A DNA stretch of 59,166 nucleotides, counting the filler, from Sphacelaria rigidula (lineage: Eukaryota), in the NCBI GenBank assembly GCA_964200075.2. It is 10 parts of 10 records of this genome, joined end to end, with 100 filler letters (N's around TTAATTAATTAA, not from the genome) between each part and the next. Parts side by side here need not be neighbours in the genome. Positions count along the whole stretch, not along the records: positions 47,415 to 53,240 come from CAXNAA020024156.1; positions 53,341 to 59,166 come from CAXNAA020024157.1; 8 more parts are not named here. One strand, written 5' to 3'. Made by a program: the position numbers and the translations under genes. The notes beneath the pieces were generated by a model. It ran no database searches. It was not told the DNA's origin and saw nothing but the letters and a program-made list of their open reading frames with translations. Positions 49,781 through 59,166 of the stretch are shown here, piece by piece (position 1 is the stretch's first letter; each line of letters starts with the position of its first letter).

Positions 49781-49912
49781 AGGTGAAGCAAAAGGGCTGG
49801 GACTTGGGCACTAAGCTCGGTATGGGACTATTTTTGGTAACGGCGCTGTTCGGGGCCGCGGGATGTTTGTTGGGCCGGCGTTCGCCTCCGGGAGAGAACG
49901 GCAGCGCGCAAG
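49781..49912 (+). CDS. ERO1: Probable ERO1 penultimate exon with a hydrophobic segment
   Basis: tttttttgcag acceptor and g|gtgaac donor; phase 1-1 joins both neighbours in frame; encodes EVKQKGWDLGTKLGMGLFLVTALFGAAGCLLGRRSPPGENGSAQ. Confidence 0.7.
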
Positions 49913-50299
49913 GTGAACAGACGATTCGGTTGTCAACCGTCGTTGCGGTTTGTTGTACCGTCCGTCATGCGCGACCTGTAGACCCCCAAGTCATGATCCA
50001 GATTCAGCAGGGGGAAGTGTATGTGTGTGTGAGAGAGTTGACCCCGCCCGCCCTAATCTGTCCCACCGCAGGCATGACGTACTACAGGGAGCAAGGAACT
50101 TCAGGACGGGGAGTACACCTTTGACGTTGCCCAGTAGAGGACATGACGTAGCTGAAGACAAGTAGGCATAACATGAAAAAAAAATAGAACCCATACGTGA
50201 TATTTACAGATCACAAGTATTATAGCGGTATGCTCAAGCATGAAACTGTTCCAGAACTATGGTGGGAAATACAAATGTGAGTGTATACATATATAGGGA

Positions 50300-50360
50300 G
50301 TAAGGGGCGATTCGAACCCTGGCTCGCGTCACTACGCCCGCACCTACCCCACTGTATCGT
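50300..50360 (-). mobile_element. Possible tRNA-derived SINE head
   Basis: Reverse complement contains the B-box ggttcgaatcgcc and an A-box-like tacagtgggg. Confidence 0.4.
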
Positions 50361-50374
50361 GTAATGGAGGGGGG

Positions 50375-50760
50375 CGTACTCATATGTTGCTCGCCTTAGT
50401 CATTTGACCATTGACCACGCATCCCTTCCGAGATGGAGCGTGTACTTGGGGGGGCGGGGGCAGGGGACGTCCTCATATGTTGCTTGCCTTAGTCGTTTGA
50501 CCATTGAACATGCATCCCTTTCGAGACGGAGCACCATTGCTACTCCTAGTAGAGACACCTCCAACATTCCGGCGCTCATTACGTTTCTTACGTACATTGC
50601 ACAAAATCTTCTTCACATATCTTATCCCCGTCCTGTTTCGCCGTCTGTGGCCACAATCTATCTCATAGTATAGCCATCGTTTTCCCTCTACTGCCTAATG
50701 CATCAAACGACCTCATCCCATATTCGTTCACGTCCCGAATTTCTCCCTCTAGCACGTCCC
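50375..50760 (-). mobile_element. Two adjacent family A LINE 3' fragments (50375-50440 and 50468-50760)
   Basis: Reverse complement matches 39405-39698; a G-run separates the two fragments and another flanks the left one. Confidence 0.9.
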
Positions 50761-51485
50761 CCGGCAGAATGTAACCCTTCCTTCTTGTATAGTTCACACT
50801 CTGCCGAGATAATTGCTTCAGTGGTCCCGTAACATGAGGACAGAGAGTTGAGTGAACAAAGCCTTTCACCTCACGCTTTTGGTGGACCGGTGCGATGTAA
50901 GTGCAGGCAGAGGCAGCTAACCCAGACATGAATTCCCGTCAATATCTCATCACGTCATCATGTGAATTTCGCGACGGTGGCACGCCCGGGGATCCCACAA
51001 GTTGTCTGATCATAAATACGCGGAAGGGGGGGTAGCGTGATCATTTTGAATTTAATGTACTGTGGTGGGACCCCGCACTATAGGAGGACCTCCGTTCTAT
51101 AGAACCTGGCAACAAATAAATATATCTTTATTCATCGTGTGACCGATGAGTGTGTGTCTCCCCTCCCCCCCCCCCCCGCCCCCTTCCCCCGCTACAGGAT
51201 AACGGACGGGTAGGTATCATGCGAGAAAAACTTGGTTACTGTAGAGTATTGAGATGGTACTCATCAATGACAAGATATTGGGTACAGTATAACGATCTTA
51301 CCTAACTCTACCCAATATTTGGGTGTAGTCTGGAGATCAGACCGTCGCAACACGAACTTCGGGACAGTAAGTACCCGGGTATTTGCCCCAGACCCAACAC
51401 ACATACACCCTTGGTGAGTTAGTTCGATCCGACGCCGTTTTTTTTTCTTTCTTCATTTTTGCTTTTGCTGGAACGTTCTGCACAG

Positions 51486-51586
51486 TGGAGGAGACAGACT
51501 CGAAGACAGTGGACGGCAGCAGCAACAACAACAGTAGTCAAAAACAAGAACCAATGACGACTAGGAGGCGAGCTACTCGACGTTGA
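51486..51586 (+). CDS. ERO1: Probable ERO1 last exon (VEETDSKTVDGSSNNNSSQKQEPMTTRRRATRR*)
   Basis: Pyrimidine tract plus cacag acceptor; phase 1 in frame; TGA at 51584-51586. Confidence 0.65.
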
Positions 51587-53177
51587 GATGATCAGGGAAG
51601 GATGCAATTCTTGGTCGTGTGCTCTGTTGGTTACTTGATACTTTGATTTTAAGAGCTTTGGGGGGCATGGAGGGTACACGATGGCGCGCGGTATGGTACA
51701 GGCTTTGCGTATTTTTTGTCTCGGCTATTTATGAGATGGCCCCCCTCAAGTCAGTCACGCGGTACAACTGTGGTTTCGTCGTCGTGCCGAATATTTTTGC
51801 GTGGGGAGCACGGGTGCTCCCGGACTGGCGCGAGCCGCGTAACGTTTTTTTTATGTGCATGAGGTGACAAGTAGAGAGGGTTTGGGTTTGTCGTTGCTGC
51901 GGTGCCTGTGCGGAATCGGCCGGCCGAGATGTAAGTGGGTGCTGTCACGTACCGTTCATGGGCCATGCCGTTTCTCGCACAGTCTTTCCATCTTCTTTGT
52001 GAAGTGTGTGTGTGTGTGTTTTTTCTTTTTGCACGTGTGCATGTTGCATGTGTACGCACTTTCTTTGCGTGTGCATATCTGTGAGTGTGGGTGTGCATGT
52101 GTGCATATTCATGTTCGGTATTTATTGGGAGTAACGAAATGCGTTCTTTTTGAAACAAAGTGGGAGAATAAGAGGGCGAGAAAATAAAAATGAGGAAGAG
52201 GAGGAGGAGGAGGAGAGGAGAGGAGAGAGAGAGAGGAGAGGAAGAGAGAGATCACGAGGTGATGCTTTCCATGCCTTCGTTTCAGCACTGTGTTGTAAGA
52301 GTATGGAAGTAAACGACAAGTGGAATAAAGTGGAATACACTTTGTCTTCTCCGAGAGTTAAACTGACCATGTACCTACTGAGTACGCGCCCCTTGGGGGT
52401 AGCAGGAGAGGGGAGGGGTGGGGGGCGCTGGGTGTTAATTTGGTCGTGATTGGTATGCTCTGATTTTCGGAGCGTGTTGTTGTAGTAATTCAGAGGTCCG
52501 ACTCGGTTGAAAACAAGGGACAGGTTTATTCTTGCGCTTACTCCTTTTTCTCTCTCTTGCTCTCCCCCTCGCCTCCGCACCGTTTTTGTATGATCTTTTA
52601 CTTTCGTTTTTTAAATGTAAAAAATTTTGCACTGAAGGTATTCGCAAAATTTCATTAGATCGGCGGGCGAGTGAGCGAGCGTATGAGCGCTCGAATGATC
52701 CCGGGTGTGTTGCTGTTGAATGTTGCGTAGGTTGGTGCAGGTATAGTAGATAATCTTATTTTCTGCCCGTTTGTATCTGTCGAGTGTATGCTTGACGGGT
52801 CTCGGTGTAATGACAGGCACATGTGAGATTAAAAGAATGATTTTTCGGAAGTGTTCGTTGTCGACCCGCGCAAGCACCACGCCTTGCGTCATATGTGAAA
52901 GCAAAGTGGAGCATTACTCGTGTTTTGCGCATTTGCTGAATGGAGCAGCTGAGTGAGGTGATTTGCGATTTGGTCGTGCGTGGCGAGGGGGGGAGTTGGT
53001 TATTAACTTGATTAACTGCGGGTTGTGGATGCGAACAGCCGGTAGTTGAGTTGGTACGCGAAGGTTGCGTACTGCTGTGCTCATTTTTGGCGTGGCATCG
53101 TGCCTTTTGTCCTTGCTTCCTCATAGCTTCCGCTGATAGCATCCGCAGCAGGGCGAGCCCCCCCCCCCGCCCCACCG

Positions 53178-53240
53178 CTGCCGTCTCGAAAGGGATGCAT
53201 GGTCAATGGTCGAACGACTAAGGCAAGCAACAAATGAGTA
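53178..53240 (+). repeat. Family A LINE 3' tip at the contig end
   Basis: Tail consensus preceded by a C-run. Confidence 0.9.
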
Positions 53241-53539
53241 NNNNNNNNNNNNNNNNNNNNNNNNNNNNNNNNNNNNNNNNNNNNTTAATTAATTAANNNN
53301 NNNNNNNNNNNNNNNNNNNNNNNNNNNNNNNNNNNNNNNNAAAAAAAGACAGCACAAATACAGAAGAAGAAAGTGGGGAGGGATTGAGCGAGGGATGAAA
53401 GGACGCCGGGGCAGGAAGATACATTCTGGCCTGATTTCAAGCCCATTTTTGCTCCTTCGTTCCCATTTTCCAGGATCCCCTTTTCGTCCCTGGAATCGGT
53501 AGACAAGAAGGGACAGATCGTTCACGGAACGTCCTTTCC

Positions 53540-54610
53540 AATTTGTTGTTGTCGGGGCAAATGCGGGCCAAGTGGTCGGTCCCGTTGTCCTTGACCACTT
53601 TCATAGCTTGCTTGTTCGACGAATCTCGTCGGGTCTAATCGGTGTGCCGACTAAGTCGACTTCGTCTTCTTCCGCGATACCCGAGCCTATGCCTGTCAGC
53701 ACCGCCATCTATGTTCTGACGCATGCACGTTGTCCGGTGGGGGCTGTTGGTGTTGACCACTTCTCGTGCTACTCCCCCGATGATATTGAGAGTCGCGACG
53801 AGCTGTCGCTCGTGAGGTGGTGCAGGGTCAGGAGCAGGGTATCGGGGTTTTACAGGAAATCCGTTCCTGACGTTTCGAGCAAGCTTCAGAAGCTACGCGT
53901 GGTGGGACAAACTGGGAAGCAAAATAGGACTGAACCCCGGCCGCCGCCTTGGACCACGGTAGAACTGGAGATATGTTCTGCCTGTCACTGTTACCACCTG
54001 TGAAGTGATGCCCGCCGACCACTCCCCATAACAGTTCACCACAAATAACAGGCGATCCCGAAAAGCGGGAATGAGATTTTTCCATGGGAACAACCTGAGG
54101 TGAAAAAGTGTACATGGTATATAATCTGGCACCCGTCAAAAGTATCTTCAAGGTACGTTCAACGAGTACTACGTTCAAGATAATGTACAATTTCCACCTC
54201 AGGTCGTCCTCACAGGAAAAATGTCCTTCGCATTTTTCAACATCGCCCGTTCAATGGCGCGGGCCTCGGAATGTGGGCGGCCACCTCGTCCAGAATTGCC
54301 TTCCGCTTCACGTGGTTGAAGGCGTTTGTGCAGTCGAGCGCCATGAGCCAGAGCCCCACCTGGTAATACGCTTTGGACGCAAATCCACCATCTTGGCCCC
54401 GCCGCACCCTTCCACCCATGTTGCCGATCGGATAGGTTGATTTTCTCCGGTATTAATTAATTGATACTGCCTGGCCGCCCCCGCCGTCACTCTCTGCCCC
54501 GTGGTGCACCCAAGGTTATCGGGTGTCATCTCACTTCATGAGGTGAAGCGGCTTTGAAGAAATGGGGCCAATATGCGGCGAGGGGGTATCGATGTTGAGG
54601 TATTTCGTCT
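53540..54610 (-). mobile_element. Decayed non-LTR retrotransposon RT fragment, CRE/RLE-type
   Basis: ALDCTNAFNHVKRKAILDEVAAHIP (D..NAFN.V.R motif); downstream LVGTPI...AMKVVKDNGTDHLARI; unrelated to family A. Confidence 0.65.
54061..54238. mobile_element. MITE-like palindromic insertion
   Basis: atttttccatgggaacaacctgaggtgaaaaagtgtacat versus atgtacaatttccacctcaggtcgtcctcacaggaaaaat. Confidence 0.6.
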
Positions 54611-56606
54611 TGCAGCCAAATGATACCAAGCCGTAAGGTTTCGTATAATCGCATGCATGACAGGAGTAGTGGCAGGGGACAGGGGATCCTGGATTGATAG
54701 CCCTTTTCTGTGTGGCCCATTGCTGTCTGGCTCGTAATATGTTGAAGATCACTCCGTGTCAATAACAAGCTACGAGAAAGAAAGAACTTGCCGAGCACGA
54801 GTCCAGTGATACTGGAGGAGTCTCTCGCTGAACTTCCTCTTATCCAGATCGTCTGGCAGAGGCTACAATATCTAGGTATTATTCTCGGCACTCTGTTGGA
54901 GGAGATCGGCTGAGGAAAAGGGGCCGCAGCTGGAAGCAGTTTGGCCCGCAGGCGGAAGGAGACCAACTTGAAGTGCACAATGGTGGAGGACGCTCCGTGG
55001 GTTGGAGGACGCACAAGTCAGGCAAGAGTCTCTCCGTGAAGTGTTTGAGTCCTAGACGACATGGCTCAAGCGGCGGCAGCGCCGCTTGTTTTCGGTGAGT
55101 TGCTAGACCCGCCAAAGTATGGCGAAGTGTGCACCGAGGAAGCATCACGCGTTATGCACGCTGCTCATCTCGATTGCGAAGAGCGTTTGTACCTTGCAAA
55201 TGCACAAGGAGTCGTGAGGAATGCAAGGGGGAGCATTGGACAACTCATCCCTAGATACTCTCATCGGTGCCCCGAAGGCATGTACAAGGACCGTGGGGCT
55301 ATGACCCCCGAGGGATGGCTAGATGCTGCGAAGCAGTATACTGGATACACCACAACCGGCGGTAAGCATGATACTGCGCGAGCTGACGCAGACCGGCGTA
55401 GAGTGCTTACAATGCAGCAAAGCGGTGGAATATCCGTCAAGGATAGAGCGATGATGGTTAGCTCATCGATGGAAACGTTTTTCGCTGAAAATCTCACGGT
55501 GCAAGCCATGTACCGTGCGAAGGACAGGAGCTGGTTGCCAGGCCCGGGCGAGTCGATTTCCACAGCTTTGGTGAGCGGGATTTCGTCTCCGGAATTCAAG
55601 GTGTATGTCAGAAGCGTACTCACGTATGTAGACGGCTGGAAATAGAACCCAACCGTGGTGTTACACCCGATATTTGATGCCGCCGACCACTGGAAGTTCA
55701 TTGAGGCGCATGGCCGGCGCGGCTCTGCGGCAAATGCAGGTAGTGCGCGCCGCAAACAACAACGTAAACAGCAGCCGTCTTCGTGAGCGTCGTCCACTCG
55801 CGCATGTTGCAACTGCGGCGACGACGGACACCTGATTAAGGAGTGCCCCAAGCCTCGCGCTCAAGGCGCTGCTCAAGCAAATACGCGAGATTCATCAGGA
55901 TCTCGCGGCGGTCGCCACGTTGAACGGGACCGCACTAAGCATGGACGCGGGCGCGGCGGCCACGGTAGCAAGCAATCGGCGGTGGATGGTGATTCCTCCG
56001 CTGCTGTTTCTTCGACTACGTCATCAGATGGTGACTCTGGATCTTCTGGTTCGTCCGTGTCGGGGCGGACAGTGTACGTGGGAGGTGTAAATACTTCGGT
56101 GGGGAGTGCTGGAGTGGATAGTTCGCGATCCCTCGGCCACGCAGGATCCGTGTCTGGTGCATCTCCTATTGCTACGACGGCTGTAACAGCGCCGTCTGCA
56201 TGTTCAGCGACTTGGTCTGGGTGGACCGCCGATTCTCAGTTATCGATGCAAAGTGCTGGAGCACAGCTCTGGTGTCAGGTGACTCTTGGTACCGACCAGG
56301 GGTGTGGTATCTGTCGATCGCAACGCAGAGTGCTTACGCGCAGATCTTTCCTTGCCTGGCTCCGTAGATTCGTTCATGGTCTGCATTATTCTGGATTCTG
56401 GATCCGCGCTCACATCGATCGATGCGGTGTTGCTGGAACAAATGTCTTCGCAGTTTGCCGACGCTGAGCTGCAGCTTCCGTTCGAGAATGAATCGCAAAC
56501 GGCGCAGACCGCCACGGGTGCTCCCGTGACGGTTACTCATAAAATGGTGCCGATTGCTGTTAGCGTGCGTACGCCGTGGGGGGCTGTGGAGTTACAGCCC
56601 ATCACT
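54611..56606 (+). mobile_element. 5' part of a Ty3/gypsy element (putative LTR 54611-54867, gag, protease), interrupted at 56607
   Basis: Gag ORF 55061-55645; knuckle CNCGDDGHLIKEC at about 55810; protease IILDSGSALTSI; LTR-like termini tgcagcc...ggctaca. Confidence 0.85.
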
Positions 56607-57223
56607 TGTTACGGACAGACTGGTTTAGGTGCCCCTCTGACTTGTCCGTACTCTACTTCGGTTTTACTATCGTCTCAATTGCGTAGGTTATCATGATCGC
56701 TGCACAAGCGCTGTGATGGCGGATCTTCACAAGGCGGAACATACCATGAAATTAGCCATTCCAACCAAAAACACGGCATATTTACCCATGTACAACAATA
56801 GTACAGTATGCATTGACTGTATATACTGGCTCACCATTATTGGACAGCAAAACGGTATCCAGCACAAGGGATGATCAGTTCAACGCAGAACAGCTCATCC
56901 TGGATGCCAGAGTGTCTTGATCACAGCTTCAGGGCGATGCGTTTCTCTTCTGTATGTAGTGGTGGTTATTATTGCCTCATCAATACACTCACATAAGCTC
57001 GTAGCTCGTTTTGCTCACGTACGAAGCAAAACCAACGGTCACGCCGGGTAATGCAACCACGGCGCGCACGGAGGCGTGCCTGTAACCGTTACAAACGAAC
57101 AGCCTCCCTCTCCTCTCGTTGGAATACCCGTAGGTCACATCAACTAGCCCCCCGAGCCCGTCAGTCGAATAGCTGGGTTTATCCTCGAATTATCCTTCCA
57201 CCATTACGCCGCGATCCATAACA
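56607..57223 (-). repeat. 3' LTR (617 bp)
   Basis: Inverted termini tgttacgga...tccataaca, directly after the PPT in element sense. Confidence 0.8.
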
Positions 57224-57349
57224 CCCCCCCTCAGGCCTAGGGTTGAAAAACCCTGGGACTGAACGTGGCTCGACGATGGATCGCCGTCTCACCATGTTCG
57301 TCTTTCCCGTGTCATCGGCGTTGCTTCGTGTAGCCGTCGATCTTGGTAA

Positions 57350-57700
57350 CCGTTCTGCCGGGTAAGACCACGTAGGAAATTTAAACACCGTGCAGGACGA
57401 TCTCGAACAGTCTCGGCAGCTCTCGCTCTTGTAGGTCTCTTTACCCGGTTTGATCACGTGAAGAATTTAAACACCGTACAACAATGATTCCATCCACTTC
57501 GGAGAAGTCCTTGAATTTGTTGACCGCTCTGCCGGGTTAGACCACGTAGTGAATTTAAACACCGTGCAGGACGGTCTCGAATAGTCTCGTCAACTCCCAC
57601 TCTTGTAGACCTCTCTGCCAAGTTAGACCACATAGGGAATTGAAACACCGTATAGGAAGGATCCCATCCTGTCCAGAGAAGTTCTCGATCATGTTGACCG
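57350..57700. repeat. Four ~87-bp tandem units in ABAB (174-bp) order
   Basis: aaacaccgt recurs at 57383, 57469, 57557 and 57643. Confidence 0.9.
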
Positions 57701-59166
57701 CGCTTGGCTGTCCGCAAACCGTTCACAGATCTTGGTACCTCGGGGACTCTGCCGTATACAGCGTCATCCCGAGCAATTGAGTCCCTTTCTACTCGAGATG
57801 GTGTGCCACATGAACGTGGTTTGGTCTGCGGGTAGTATAATTCCCACAAGGCATGAAACACGTCCAACTGTAACCCAATGAAACTGTCCAAAGCTTCTCC
57901 TCTGAAAGTCAGTATGGCTCAGCTCCGTCGTGAAACAACCATGGATGTTCCCACACTCGCGACGATCCTGCCCCAGCACTACCTTCATACCCGTTAGAGT
58001 ATATGTGAGTAGCGAGGATGTGATGTCCTCAGCCAACCCTAAATCGCCCCCCCCAAGCTAAATGAGAAACCTCGTCTAAAAGTGAGTACTGCAGCTGTTC
58101 TGGGCACACGTGAAGTCTCTTCACGTTGGCCGCGGACACTGTTCGTTGTTGTACTTTACGCACCTGCATTTTGACCGCAAGACTGAGACGTGATATCACC
58201 ACTTGGTGTACCGTCCACGGTCCAGTCCACAAGCCGTGTGCCAATTTGGTCGGTACATCTTCGTTCAGAAGGGAGCTGTCGGACTCGCTGACTAGCATCA
58301 TATCTTATACCTTAGCTCGCGATCCTGCCGACTGGCGAGTCATCTCGGCATTTGTAGCTGATCTCACCTCTTCCCTACACCGGTGGGGTTACCAGCTCAT
58401 GAATCTCCTTCAATTTTTGTCGCTGTTGCTCTACCGTTTTATTCAACGGCAGTGATTCTACTTCAGGTGATACAGAGTCGATTTGGGTGCGAGGCTCGCG
58501 CTCAAAAGCAGCATCAATGGCGTGGGTTGTTAGGCAGTGACGGATCGGGAGTGGTACGATGAATCCATACAGCAGAATCCACATACAACAATGTTTTCGT
58601 GAGATTGAGAGTCTACGATACAATTGAGAGCAGCGTTTTCATGGCTTTCAGCGGCCGGGTGTGCCCGCATCATTAGTGGACAAAACGCTTACCTCACACA
58701 TTGGTGCAAATTCCTGCCGGCAAACCTGACGATGTTTCCGTGAAATCGAGCGTTGAAAGTACGATCGAGAGTGTGGTCTTATTCATAACATGTCTCGCTT
58801 AGCCGGTTCCAATAATGAGACGAAACGTTTACACGTGTAGCATGTTGGAACATTCCTGCCACCCATTGCCTGAATGGAATGGCGGAATAATGTTGAAAAA
58901 TGTTGCGCGCTGGCCCACAGGTCGCATTCGTGGAAAAATGCACCGTTCAAGATGTCTCCAAAGTAGTGTGAGTCGTGCGGTTCAAGTAAAGGATACGATT
59001 CAGCCAGGTTGTGCCCGAATTCATTCGCAAATGCAGTTGATGCCACCATTCGTCGTGTGGACTTGGGACTCGTGGATATCTTGAAATCACTCTTCTGTTC
59101 AAACATTTCGCCGCAGTTTCCGTCGTTGTTTTTGAAAGCGCAAGTCATCGCGTGTGATATGACTGG

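Larger units (their letters stand above)
56607..59166 (-). mobile_element. 3' part of another decayed Ty3/gypsy element (IN, GPY/F, chromo-like region, PPT, 3' LTR)
   Basis: KLAHGLWTGPWTV; QLDVFHALWELY; TETAAKCLNRRVISRY; PPT gaggggggg at 57224-57232. Confidence 0.8.

Noticed and set aside
6745..51586. Joining the unknown, mTERF, sulfotransferase and ERO1 exons into one gene or cluster
   Set aside because: They lie on different, artificially concatenated contigs.
57350..57700. CRISPR array
   Set aside because: The intervening parts are alternating paralogs, the core is degenerate, the context is a eukaryotic retrotransposon 3' UTR, and there are no cas genes.

Overview
Eukaryotic, repeat-rich nuclear DNA. 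Long introns and the TE repertoire suggest a stramenopile, probably a brown alga (inference). The window is not one locus. It is ten contigs of 5827 or 5826 bp joined by identical 100-bp N44-TTAATTAATTAA-N44 spacers, apparently sorted by length, so nothing can be linked across spacers. Most of the sequence is decayed transposons: two long copies and many fragments of one APE-type LINE, a CRE-like RT remnant, four Ty3/gypsy elements, one Ty1/copia element and several MITE/foldback elements. Host exons I can support are ERO1 (three phase-compatible 3' exons), an mTERF protein (two exons), one sulfotransferase exon, a polyQ protein and a short unknown gene start. The most unusual signal is a set of retroposons linked to poly(C). 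The LINE ends a few nt after its ORF2 stop, has no poly(A) and runs into C-tracts. Its ~70-nt tail and a second family sharing the terminal signature GGGATGCGWGGTCAATGGTC...ATGAGTACRCCCC recur throughout the window, nearly always beside C-runs. I see no prokaryote-type system such as CRISPR.
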